Shown one piece after another: positions 52,581 to 61,691 of a stretch of DNA of 64,000 nt. Position 1 is the stretch's first letter. Every line of letters starts with the position of its first letter. The position numbers and the translations under genes were made by a program. The stretch is from the IMG/VR virus record IMGVR_UViG_3300027908_000004, one strand, 5' to 3'. Below the pieces are notes generated by a model, which saw nothing but the letters and a program-made list of their open reading frames with translations, was not told the DNA's origin and did no database searches. This stretch comes from a virus.

Positions 52581-53540
52581 TTAAATAAGCCCAGCATCCT
52601 GCAAGGCGTCCTGCTGGGCATTAGATAACCCATTGTAATTAGACGTGCTCAAGTTGTACCCAAGGCCGCCGCTTCCAGCGCCCGTTAATCCACTTAGGCC
52701 GCCTAGACCACCAAGAAGCCCGAGGCTGAGGCCGCCCGTAAACGGTGCAGCAAGTGCGCCGAGGGCGGCAGTGCCAATACCAAATAGACCAGAATTGAAT
52801 GCAGTAGATTGCTGCAACTGATCTTGATAAGATTGCTGTTGTGCGGTTTGGGCATTCGCCACAGCACCAGTAAGGTTCGCAGGTTGAATGTTAAGGCTCG
52901 GCGTTGTGGTAAGATTAGAATTAATATTGGCGGGAGCACCCAATGCTTCCAGCGATCCAGCCAATTGTGCAGGTAACTCGTAAGTAGAAGTTGCCTGCTG
53001 ATACATCTGAGGCTCAATGTTGGCAAGGAAACCAGTTTCAGTCTGCCCCTGACTTTGGAGCAGATTGTTCATGGCTTGGTCGTAGCCAGGAGTACCGGGA
53101 TTGAAGCCCTCACTCTCGAGCTGGGTGTTTTCCTGCGCTATCTGGGGTTGGAAAAATGGCTGTAAGTAACTTTCTTCCTGCTGAACGGCCTGCCCCGTCA
53201 AACCTGACGTCTCATTGCCAATGGCTTGAGCCGCAGGAATAGAACCGTAGTTAGCTCCGCCAAGAATTTGCCCCGCAGCCGTACCTGCTGTTTGCTGGGT
53301 CCCCTCTTGGGTATTCAGCAACGCCTGTTGGGTTGGGGATAGGTTTTCGGTAGCCGAATACATCGGCGTACCGTTCGAAGAAGTGCCGGTCTGTGTGTAA
53401 CTAAGGCTCCCATAGGGGTTGAACTGGTTGACCATTGATCCCTGTTGGGATTGTTCACCAGCGGTTGTGTTATACTGCTGTTGGCCCGCTGCAACTGTGT
53501 TCGGATCTTCTACAGTTGGGGGCGTCGGGCTAGAAGCCAT
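52581..53540 (-). CDS. Gln/Gly/Thr/Asn-rich protein (319 aa)
   Basis: ORF track entry. The C-terminus has a Gly/Leu-rich stretch GALAAPFTGGLSLGLLGGLGGLSGLTGAGSGGLG. Confidence 0.6.
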   Translation of the reverse strand: MASSPTPPTVEDPNTVAAGQQQYNTTAGEQSQQGSMVNQFNPYGSLSYTQTGTSSNGTPMYSATENLSPTQQALLNTQEGTQQTAGTAAGQILGGANYGSIPAAQAIGNETSGLTGQAVQQEESYLQPFFQPQIAQENTQLESEGFNPGTPGYDQAMNNLLQSQGQTETGFLANIEPQMYQQATSTYELPAQLAGSLEALGAPANINSNLTTTPSLNIQPANLTGAVANAQTAQQQSYQDQLQQSTAFNSGLFGIGTAALGALAAPFTGGLSLGLLGGLGGLSGLTGAGSGGLGYNLSTSNYNGLSNAQQDALQDAGLI

Positions 53541-53542
53541 CT

Positions 53543-53740
53543 TTAGGCTCCCTTCAAAGCTTTAATCATGCTTGCCACGCCAGCGCTTCCCGGAGCTGTG
53601 GTGTTCATGGCCGGGGGATTCATGATCGGTGCACCCGTAGATTGTATCTGAGGGTTGCCCAGCAAACTGTTATTCTGCTGGAGCATGGAAGAAGTGGTAA
53701 AACCACTACCTGTTTGAGGGCCTGCGGTCTGTGGAAACAT
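53543..53740 (-). CDS. low-complexity protein (65 aa)
   Basis: Track ORF 53543..53812 trimmed to ATG 53740, which follows the upstream stop. Ends with GVASMIKALKGA. Confidence 0.45.
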   Translation of the reverse strand: MFPQTAGPQTGSGFTTSSMLQQNNSLLGNPQIQSTGAPIMNPPAMNTTAPGSAGVASMIKALKGA

Positions 53741-53742
53741 TC

Positions 53743-54189
53743 TTAAGCAACCTTTGTAGTTTTGATCGCCGCCAGACGCTCCATATCTTCTCTGAAAACT
53801 ACAAATCGGCAACCCGTATGGCGGGGCGAATCGGTGTGCCCGTAGTGCCTACGCTGAATACCCTCGTACCTAAAACCAAATTTAGGTAGCTTTTTCAGGA
53901 GAAAACTCGGTCGTTTGGCGACGATAACGGTACATCTAGCCAAACGCAACTCATAAAGAGCTATCTTGGCTATGGCACGAATTATCCCAAGGGAGACCGT
54001 GTTCTTTCCGTAGTAGGATAATTCGGCGTTAATGCTATTGTAGGAAGTAAACAAGATTGCCCCAACTAACTTCTTTTCCTCATCAATTACCCCAAATGCC
54101 CTATCAACGTGCATGGGAACACGTTTGTAGGCAGCGAATGCCCATGCAGCCACGGCTTCATCAGCATTAAGAAGCAATCCTTTGGCCAT
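53743..54189 (-). CDS. possible GNAT-like acetyltransferase (148 aa)
   Basis: The length and hydrophobic pattern (LVGAILFTSY...GIIRAIAKIALYELRLARCTVIV...FGFRYEG) resemble a GNAT fold, but no clean acetyl-CoA motif is visible. Confidence 0.4.
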   Translation of the reverse strand: MAKGLLLNADEAVAAWAFAAYKRVPMHVDRAFGVIDEEKKLVGAILFTSYNSINAELSYYGKNTVSLGIIRAIAKIALYELRLARCTVIVAKRPSFLLKKLPKFGFRYEGIQRRHYGHTDSPRHTGCRFVVFREDMERLAAIKTTKVA

Positions 54190-55862
54190 CAGATAAAACC
54201 CCCTAATTCAAGGATGGAATTAAAGGCATTGACCTGAAGGGTCACTGGATTGGTATTGGCCAAGGAAGTGTCAAACTGGGCTGTGTCAAAGAAGGAAAAG
54301 TCAAAAATGCCCTGCGCTGCCCCCGTAACCGCCGAGGTAGCCACGTTGACCGTCAGGTGGATGGCTAGCGCATGGCCCACTGCCTCCGCGCTTAACCAGT
54401 TGATGGTTTGAGAAACTGAACCAAACCATACAGACGTATCCCAAATAGCCGAATCCCAGGTAGCGCCACCGTCAAGGATTTGAATAGGCGCGGTCTGGGT
54501 TTGAATGACAAAATCAGCATCCACTGAGATTTGCGGGGTAATAGTCTGAGCAGCCGTCAAGAAAGGCTGCACCATCGTCATGCGCTTAAGTCTGCCCGGC
54601 GCATCAAAATAGTTATAGGCGCATTGCATGTCGGCTAGAATAGAGTTGGTGAAGTCAAGGGAACCAACAAAGCATTCATTGACATCCCCCACATTGCCAC
54701 CAAAGTAGAGGGTATCGTTATAGACTTCAAAACAATTGGCGTTCCATCCAGTGAACTGGCACCATGCCCCAGTCAGTGTGTTCATGACGTACTGAACTTG
54801 GGTAGAGTTCTCAACCTGCGGAACATTTAAGATAGCTAGTTGCTGTGGGGCGAATGTAATCAACTGCCACCCAAACAGATTCATGCCCATGGCGGCGGAT
54901 TGAGCCATGGCGTTCTGAATTCTAGCAGTAATGGCTACGCTGCGCTCAGAACTGGGATCAAATGGAAGCGCCTGAGATATTGGCACAACACCCTGTTGAA
55001 GAATAAGGCCAACATCTGAGCCAATTTTGGTGGCGCAGCGCGAACCAATGGGGGGTGATAGATCAAACGTACCAACTAACGTCCACGCGGTGGCGCTGGT
55101 AGGGTCAGTGCCTGAGAAGATAGTGGCCTGTCCACGATTGGACAGAAACACCATGTAGTCTTGAGGGCCATTGCCGCCATCTACTGTCCAATCTGAGATA
55201 GAAATAAGGTAACCACCCTTGTACCACTCCGAGCCAAGGTCTAATGTGCCCGCAATTGCCCCCGTAATGGAGCCGGTGGGCATAAAAGCGCACACGGTGG
55301 AACCACCACCCGCGCCATCGGTCAGCACATACCAGAGCCTGTTTTTCTGCGCCCAGATGTTGATAATGGCCGATGTGCTAAGGCTGTTGGGCAGGCCGGT
55401 TATGGTTGGAACCGTCCAGGTTGTGCCGTCGAACATCTGAAGTTCGTCAATACCATTGACTAACTGAATAACTGTGGTTCCAAGAGGCGGTGTGAAATTG
55501 ACGTATTGCCAACGGTCCGAGTTAAGGCCCGTGACCACCGCGTCAATTACAGCAGTATCCGAAACATTATAGATTGTGCCGCCTGATGCGGCAAACATCT
55601 GCTCAACGCCTTCAGCCCTTCTAACCATCAGGGTTTCAACTGGGGTGGTAAGGTCGGAAAGCAGTGTCCACGGCTGATAACCAAGGCGCAGTTCTACCCA
55701 ACCGGGTCGCGGTATCCAGTTGTTTAGAATAGGCGCACGCTTTGGGTCCATAGACGCCAGCGGCGATATCGCATCCCAACCGTCAGTTGGCGCTGGGACA
55801 ACTTTAGTCTCGACATCTGGTGCCGGAAACGAAACCTTATCTACTGATTTTGCCTTTCTCAT
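54189..55862 (-). CDS. structural-module protein (557 aa), function unknown
   Basis: Long ORF. ATGA-type overlaps at both ends. Confidence 0.65.
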   Translation of the reverse strand: MRKAKSVDKVSFPAPDVETKVVPAPTDGWDAISPLASMDPKRAPILNNWIPRPGWVELRLGYQPWTLLSDLTTPVETLMVRRAEGVEQMFAASGGTIYNVSDTAVIDAVVTGLNSDRWQYVNFTPPLGTTVIQLVNGIDELQMFDGTTWTVPTITGLPNSLSTSAIINIWAQKNRLWYVLTDGAGGGSTVCAFMPTGSITGAIAGTLDLGSEWYKGGYLISISDWTVDGGNGPQDYMVFLSNRGQATIFSGTDPTSATAWTLVGTFDLSPPIGSRCATKIGSDVGLILQQGVVPISQALPFDPSSERSVAITARIQNAMAQSAAMGMNLFGWQLITFAPQQLAILNVPQVENSTQVQYVMNTLTGAWCQFTGWNANCFEVYNDTLYFGGNVGDVNECFVGSLDFTNSILADMQCAYNYFDAPGRLKRMTMVQPFLTAAQTITPQISVDADFVIQTQTAPIQILDGGATWDSAIWDTSVWFGSVSQTINWLSAEAVGHALAIHLTVNVATSAVTGAAQGIFDFSFFDTAQFDTSLANTNPVTLQVNAFNSILELGGFI

Positions 55863-56866
55863 TTTAGATGCCTTAGTGATTTAACCAAGTCGGTATTTGG
55901 ATCATACACTAACTGATTTGCATAGGGGGTATCCATTGAAGACGAGTACCAAGGGGGTATCTGCCTTGCATTGTGATTGGCAAGCTGTTGGAGGTGACGC
56001 TCTTGCACATTCCTAGCCTCCACCTCTCCTGCTAGTCGCTGATACATCTGCTGCGGGTCACTTTGTAACTCTGTAAGAGGCAGCTTCTGTGGAAAAGTTT
56101 CTTTAAGGCGCGCAAACGTGCTCGGTTGGCCACCGGGCGCGAAATTTTCAAATCCTTGGACCGCGTGCTGAAGCTCGTGAAGCATCACGCTTTGCATTCG
56201 CAGTTTATCTGGAGCTGCCGCTTCAATTACTTTAGCCCCAATAGGATTGGGGTCATAAGACCCCCGCCCGATACCATTCTTGGGATTTTGGTAAACGGTG
56301 TTGTAGACCTTATTATACTTTAGCAATGGATAGGCTTGATACAGATCTGGATGATCAAACATGGCCTCCGAGGGGCCAGCATAAAAACTTCCCTCTTTGG
56401 TGTAATCAAGGCCGTGACTTGCTACTTTTGAACTTGTGTCCGGTATTTCAAAACGCCATTTGCTATCTGTCGGGCTCTTAAACCACCCAGTATCATTCCA
56501 TATTCTTTCAGATGGCTCTCCCAATTCACGCATCTTGTTGGCTTCAATTAGCGCAGGAATATCAGCCGTCTTAGCCAGCTTACCCCCAAAGATACCAGCC
56601 GCGCCCGCTTCGGCACCCGGTGCCCCGGTTCCTGCCAATGTCATCGCAGTATCAGCAGCAGCCTTATAGAGAGGAGCGTTTGGCTCTGGCGCGTTTGGAT
56701 TGTCAGTTACGTCCTCTTTTCTGAGGCCCGGCACGGCTTCAGCAGAGGCATCAATAAGATGTTTAGGAATATTCAAAAGCCCGGCAATCAAATTGCCAAC
56801 AAGGGGCGATGCCGAAACTTCAGGTTCAGCAGGGCCACCCACACCAAAAGGGAGTGCATCAGGCAT
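55859..56866 (-). CDS. structural-module protein with HExxH motif (335 aa)
   Basis: MLHELQHAVQ in the C-terminal half. Confidence 0.55.
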   Translation of the reverse strand: MPDALPFGVGGPAEPEVSASPLVGNLIAGLLNIPKHLIDASAEAVPGLRKEDVTDNPNAPEPNAPLYKAAADTAMTLAGTGAPGAEAGAAGIFGGKLAKTADIPALIEANKMRELGEPSERIWNDTGWFKSPTDSKWRFEIPDTSSKVASHGLDYTKEGSFYAGPSEAMFDHPDLYQAYPLLKYNKVYNTVYQNPKNGIGRGSYDPNPIGAKVIEAAAPDKLRMQSVMLHELQHAVQGFENFAPGGQPSTFARLKETFPQKLPLTELQSDPQQMYQRLAGEVEARNVQERHLQQLANHNARQIPPWYSSSMDTPYANQLVYDPNTDLVKSLRHLK

Positions 56867-57548
56867 TTGTTCCGGGGGCTGCTTTTAGCAGTTGCAATAA
56901 GGTTGCTGGGGGTACGACATTCTTATCCTGGGTATGAAAATCGTTAATTTCAGGATCCATATCCATGTTGTCATTGGGCATCGTAGGTGGCCCGCGCAAT
57001 GCCCTGACGGTTGCCCCCGGACGCATAGAAATAGGCGAACCATTGAGCATATCCCAGGTCTCAGGGTTATAGGTCTGTGGTGGCTCAAGGTGCTGGTTCC
57101 AGCGGTAGAAATCTTCCATAGCGTGGGCGGGGGATTGCCCAGTACCCATTGGGTTGGGATCACCGGGCTTGTTGATCTGATAACCCCTTGATCCAGGATT
57201 TATTTCCAAACCCTCAGGCAAATGAGATGCAGGGCCGCCACCTGTCTCTTCCCCACGGCCAACTCCTCGGCCAAAATCAAACGGATTCATCAGATCCTTT
57301 GTGTATTTGTTATTGGGATAGGCCACCGTTACATCGTTTATCTTCCTGACCAAGGCGGGTGACGTATCAGCGGGCTTCTTTAGGTCATTCAAGATGCCAG
57401 CCGGGGGTAAGTTGCCAAACCGACTGTTAAAATCCTGCTCTGGGTTATGATTGTCAGGAAACGGCATGGCCTTTTGCGCCGGGCTTACATATGGCGATAG
57501 CAGGGAACCTACTATTTGGGATGAAATGTCAGGCATTATTGCCCCCAA
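56859..57548 (-). CDS. structural-module protein (229 aa)
   Basis: ORF track entry. Overlaps both neighbours. Confidence 0.55.
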   Translation of the reverse strand: MGAIMPDISSQIVGSLLSPYVSPAQKAMPFPDNHNPEQDFNSRFGNLPPAGILNDLKKPADTSPALVRKINDVTVAYPNNKYTKDLMNPFDFGRGVGRGEETGGGPASHLPEGLEINPGSRGYQINKPGDPNPMGTGQSPAHAMEDFYRWNQHLEPPQTYNPETWDMLNGSPISMRPGATVRALRGPPTMPNDNMDMDPEINDFHTQDKNVVPPATLLQLLKAAPGTNA

Positions 57549-57901
57549 TCCGCCTGATTAGGCTTGGCGATGCCCGTTGCCACTTGCTGAATACGTGCCT
57601 TTTCTTTGGCCAAGTTAGGGTTTAGGTTGGCTGGGGCAGGGGCATAGGCTGGATGCACGATTGCCGGGGCTACGGGGGCACCCAGTTGGGGGAACTGAGC
57701 TAGGCGGAGGGCATTGACCATTTGCTGGACATGCGCCTGTGGGCGTTGCGCGGGCTGCACCTGTTGCGGGTAACCGGGAGGGTATGGATTCATGTCAAGC
57801 GCCATAGCTGGTAGTTGTGGGGGCAGAATGGGCGCAGCCAGCGCAGGCTGGGGCTGTGCGGCCTGTTGTGCCAACGCTTGCCATGTTGTGTCGTCGGCCA
57901 T
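57536..57901 (-). CDS. Pro/Gln/Ala-rich protein (about 121 aa)
   Basis: Track ORF 57536..57949. ATG 57901 is preferred, but neither candidate start has a clear SD sequence. Confidence 0.45.
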   Translation of the reverse strand: MADDTTWQALAQQAAQPQPALAAPILPPQLPAMALDMNPYPPGYPQQVQPAQRPQAHVQQMVNALRLAQFPQLGAPVAPAIVHPAYAPAPANLNPNLAKEKARIQQVATGIAKPNQADWGQ

Positions 57902-57961
57902 TGAGTGCCCATTTGTGTCAAAAAGACGTAAACGCCACGAAGATAACACAGTTCAGTCGAG

Positions 57962-58957
57962 TTATACGCCCGCGTTTGGCCCAACCGGACCTGGGAAAAA
58001 TCCATCCTGGACGTTACTCGGCGACAGAAATATTGGGCTGGCACGCTTGGCTAGTTGGAGCGTGGGGGCAGCGCCATCACGAGCAATAAGGCGGTCAACA
58101 TAATCAACCCAGCGGTTTTGAAGGGTAACGTAACTACCAAATCCCTTAATTTCCCAAAACATCCACTTGATGCCCATAACAATAGCTTGGTCATCAAGAA
58201 GTGGGGTATCTGTGTCATTGGCGAAATACTGCGCATAGGTTGGGGTGCTGGGTGCGGGGGATGCACCTCCCTGCACATTGACCGCATCAATGGATAGATA
58301 CTCAAACACAAGCTGAAGTGGCTCTGTTAGCTCAGTAGGCGGCGGCCAAATCCTGAAATTGTTTGCAAACGGACCAAGTTGGCGGAAATGCCTGCGCGGG
58401 CCAGTAGTGACAATGCCGGAGCGGTGCCACTGATCTACTTGTGGGCTGTCAGGCCCAATTAGCTCCCAGCGGTTGGTTCTATCCCACATAGTACGATTCT
58501 GGAACCAGTCAAAACCGGGTGGCTCAGGAAAGGTATCTTGTGCAAACACAAACGTGCCACCAGTGACGGCGGCAGTGTTCGTGGCCAGCATAGTCATGAC
58601 CACGGTGTTAGCATCCGTCACAGATGCAACACGAGCCGCCTGTGCCACATCGGGGCCGGACACTGAAAAATAATTGGCAAGAATGCCAGTAGTGCTGGGG
58701 ATGCTAGTGATAGTGTTGGTATTGGCCGCAGTCAGATTCCCGGTGGTAGTGATGGGAACTGGGACGGCCAGATCGTACTCAAACTGCATGGCCGTCCAAC
58801 CCGTAGGGTTGCACCGCCTTAGTTCGTCTAGCACACGGTTGGAGAGCGCAAACATCTGAACGGTAGTTGGATCAGTGTTTCCAACTACTGTAGATGCTTG
58901 CGGCAGGCCCAGTTCAGCCTGAGCCGCCTGCACGATCTGCAACAGTGTAAGGGGCAT
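57962..58957 (-). CDS. virion structural protein (331 aa); capsid versus adaptor not resolved
   Basis: Long ORF lying downstream of a scaffold-like gene and a 122-aa gene. There is no diagnostic motif. Confidence 0.6.
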   Translation of the reverse strand: MPLTLLQIVQAAQAELGLPQASTVVGNTDPTTVQMFALSNRVLDELRRCNPTGWTAMQFEYDLAVPVPITTTGNLTAANTNTITSIPSTTGILANYFSVSGPDVAQAARVASVTDANTVVMTMLATNTAAVTGGTFVFAQDTFPEPPGFDWFQNRTMWDRTNRWELIGPDSPQVDQWHRSGIVTTGPRRHFRQLGPFANNFRIWPPPTELTEPLQLVFEYLSIDAVNVQGGASPAPSTPTYAQYFANDTDTPLLDDQAIVMGIKWMFWEIKGFGSYVTLQNRWVDYVDRLIARDGAAPTLQLAKRASPIFLSPSNVQDGFFPGPVGPNAGV

Positions 58958-58972
58958 TCAAGTGGTAGCCCC

Positions 58973-59341
58973 TTACTTGTTGGTCCAGTTCTTAGGCTTG
59001 TACATCCAGATGATGGCGGAAGCACCCGTGGCAATAACAACGCTGCCATTGGCTACGCCATTCAGGGTATGACCCGACGGCACAAAAACGTAGGCCGAGT
59101 TGGTACCTTGCTGGTTGGTCAAATAGTAGGGGTTCATTACCTTTGCATCACTAGGGATAATGAACGAGTTGGTAGTAACCGCAGTCGGGCTGAGTTCGGC
59201 AGCACGGCTGATAATGTTGGCAGCGGCACTCTGAAGAGTAGCACCGGCACCAACAATCTTCGCAACAGGGGCAGCGATCAGGGAAGATTGCTGAGCCGAA
59301 AAGCCATAGCCTGTGGCGTCGTCAGAATTGCAAGTAGGCAT
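58973..59341 (-). CDS. small structural-module protein (122 aa)
   Basis: ORF track entry. RBS AGGAGA upstream. Confidence 0.6.
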   Translation of the reverse strand: MPTCNSDDATGYGFSAQQSSLIAAPVAKIVGAGATLQSAAANIISRAAELSPTAVTTNSFIIPSDAKVMNPYYLTNQQGTNSAYVFVPSGHTLNGVANGSVVIATGASAIIWMYKPKNWTNK

Positions 59342-59362
59342 TTAAGATTCTCCTAAAAGGAA

Positions 59363-60139
59363 TTAAACAACGCGGGCTCTGGAACGCTTGATGGGCTTTT
59401 TAACCAGATCGGCAGTCGCATGGGTTGCGTTGATTTGCGCCGATTGAGAGTCAAAGTTTGCGTTGGGGGAACCTACAAAGGTAGGCCGCCTACCCTGACC
59501 GCCATTCTGAGCAAGAAGCTTTTGAACATCAGCCATGCTCACCGCGTTATTCTGAGTGTCACGAATAGCGTGAAGTTCTTCCTTCATCAAGTCAATTGTG
59601 TGCTTGAGGGAGTTGATCTCACGGTCCTTATCTTCAAGGGCGGCCTTCAATTGGCTGGCTTTGACGCCTTTGTTCGCTACCTCGAGGTAGCGTTTGGCAT
59701 CATTGACCCAATTCTGAGCGCCCATACCGATAGTCTCAATGGCATGGGCTGACAGATTTGCACACTGTTCAACAGTGTGTACACCAGAGGCCTGAAGAGC
59801 GGCAGCGGTAGCAGGGTTCGCTGCGAACAGCATTTCAACCGGGGTACCGTCAGAAACCTGAGGGGAATTTTGCTGGAATTGTGCCCACTGAATTGGGAAG
59901 CGCCGCCTGTCAGAGTCATTGGCTTCCCGATCAACAATGTTGAGGCGTTCGCCGGGGGGATGAATTTTGACAAAAACCTTGTTATCAAAGAACGGCCTTC
60001 CCTCTTCCACCGACTTGGCCATATTACGAACCGGCTTATGGTAGAACATCACTACCATGGAGGGGTCACCGCCGCCGTACTGCACGACACCCACGTCGCC
60101 GTTCCACTTGATGCCTACGTGTGACTGAAACTCGTCCAT
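59363..60139 (-). CDS. scaffold-like protein with C-terminal coiled coil (258 aa)
   Basis: RBS AAGGAG upstream. The C-terminal segment KASQLKAALEDKDREINSLKHTIDLMKEELHAIRD is heptad-like. Confidence 0.6.
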   Translation of the reverse strand: MDEFQSHVGIKWNGDVGVVQYGGGDPSMVVMFYHKPVRNMAKSVEEGRPFFDNKVFVKIHPPGERLNIVDREANDSDRRRFPIQWAQFQQNSPQVSDGTPVEMLFAANPATAAALQASGVHTVEQCANLSAHAIETIGMGAQNWVNDAKRYLEVANKGVKASQLKAALEDKDREINSLKHTIDLMKEELHAIRDTQNNAVSMADVQKLLAQNGGQGRRPTFVGSPNANFDSQSAQINATHATADLVKKPIKRSRARVV

Positions 60140-60181
60140 TACTAAAGCTCCTTTGAAGATGTGGATGAAAGATAGCCCAGA

Positions 60182-61618
60182 CTAAGTTACTTTGCTAGAG
60201 GCCAAGTATAATCTGGGCTTGTTCTTACTTTTAACGAAGTCGGTCAATTCCTTGGTCACAATCTCAAGGGTTTCATTCCACTGACCGGGTTTCTTTTGAA
60301 CAAACTGGCGCAGTGACGGATACCACGGGCTATCTTCACGGTCACCAAACCAGCGCCAGCACCCATCCCAACGGCTTAGCATCCAAGTTGGTTTGCCAAT
60401 GGATGCAGCGGCATGACAGACAGCGGTATCAACCGTAATAATCAGATCACACTGTTCCATTGCGCAGCATGTCTCGTAGAAGTCATACATTTCTTCGGTA
60501 TAGTCAACAATGGACATCTGTGCAGGGGGCGTCCGTATTTGATCAGCGGGTGGCCCTTTTTGAAATGAAACCCAAGTGATGCCGGGTATCTTTGCTAGTT
60601 CAGAAAAATCGGCAAGTTGGAGGGAACGGACTTCGTCCACCTTCAGGGCTACGGGTTGGTTCATGCGGGCCATACCTGCCCAGCAGATGCCAACCTTGAC
60701 TCGATTCCTGTATTCGTCAGGCAACGCTGCAAACCTGTTAGCCCAGACTTCTATCGACTCAGGGTTAAGGTTGAATTGCCGTTCCCGTGCCGGGATATCC
60801 CCGACGGTTGGGGTAAGCAACCCCCCAAGTGAAATCATGGGGATGCAGTAGTCAACTACCGGAACTTTCTCACCGAAGTTGATTACCGCGTAAACTTCAG
60901 GAATTGACTCCATGAGCCGCTTAACTTGGTGTTTACCCTCCACAATAACCTTAGCGGTTGGGTACTTCTCAGCCAAGGTACGGGCATAGCGGCCAAATTG
61001 CAGGATATCCCCAAGTCCTTGTTCGCCGTATACGAGAATGGATTTATGGGTTAGGTCCTCACCATTCCATTGTGGGAATTTAAGGCCACGGGGCACAAGT
61101 TGTTCTGATTTCCACCGCCATTCAAACTCTTTCCAGCCTTCTTCAAGCTGGCCCATCTTCAGAAGCATCATGCCAAGGGCTAGGTGGCCATCCACGTAGT
61201 CAGGGCCTACACGCACCGTTTCCCTATACGAAGCTAAGGCCTCGTCATAGCGTTTGCGCCATTTGTAGCTATGGCCCATGTTCATGTGAATCTGGGGGAA
61301 TGAGGGGTCTAGCTTAAGGGCTTTGTCAAAGTAGGTAAGGGCTTCCTCATGTTTATCCAGGTCTTGGTAGCAGGCACCCAGATTGCAATAATGAATAGCC
61401 GATTCGTCGTAATCTAGAGCACGTTGGTGGTTCAGGATTCCATCCAATGGATGGTTCATGCGCTGAAGGCCAATGCCCCTGTTGCCCCACAGGCCCGGTT
61501 GGGCGGGATCTTCCCGTAGAAGCTCGGTAGACCAAACAACAACGTCATTCCAGTTACCGGCACGCAACGCTTGCGCATACAGTTCTTGACACTCTTCAAC
61601 AGACTTATACTTCGCCAT
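60182..61618 (-). CDS. TPR-repeat protein fused to a GT9-like glycosyltransferase domain
   Basis: The N-terminal ~170 aa are TPR-like repeats (ALDYDESAIHYCNLGACYQDLDKHEEALTYFDKALKLDP...). The C-terminal part ITVDTAVCHAAASIGKPTWMLSRWDGCWRWFGDREDSPWYPSLRQF is typical of heptosyltransferase-like GT-B domains. Confidence 0.8.
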   Translation of the reverse strand: MAKYKSVEECQELYAQALRAGNWNDVVVWSTELLREDPAQPGLWGNRGIGLQRMNHPLDGILNHQRALDYDESAIHYCNLGACYQDLDKHEEALTYFDKALKLDPSFPQIHMNMGHSYKWRKRYDEALASYRETVRVGPDYVDGHLALGMMLLKMGQLEEGWKEFEWRWKSEQLVPRGLKFPQWNGEDLTHKSILVYGEQGLGDILQFGRYARTLAEKYPTAKVIVEGKHQVKRLMESIPEVYAVINFGEKVPVVDYCIPMISLGGLLTPTVGDIPARERQFNLNPESIEVWANRFAALPDEYRNRVKVGICWAGMARMNQPVALKVDEVRSLQLADFSELAKIPGITWVSFQKGPPADQIRTPPAQMSIVDYTEEMYDFYETCCAMEQCDLIITVDTAVCHAAASIGKPTWMLSRWDGCWRWFGDREDSPWYPSLRQFVQKKPGQWNETLEIVTKELTDFVKSKNKPRLYLASSKVT

Positions 61619-61636
61619 TTAAAACTCCAAATTTAC

Positions 61637-61672
61637 ACAAAGAAATAGGGGCGGATTTTAACCCGCCCCTAT
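61637..61672 (-). terminator. rho-independent terminator (minus strand) after the 190-aa gene
   Basis: Stem ATAGGGGCGG 61645-61654 / CCGCCCCTAT 61663-61672. On the minus strand it is followed by TTCTTTGT. Confidence 0.6.
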
Positions 61673-61691
61673 GGTTAAGCAATCATGCTGC

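Noticed and set aside
57962-60139. Firm assignment of the 258-aa, 122-aa and 331-aa genes as scaffold, decoration and major capsid proteins
   Set aside because: The gene order and the coiled-coil C-terminus of the 258-aa protein are suggestive, but no diagnostic capsid motif can be read by eye. Portal and terminase are not in the window. The calls were kept generic.
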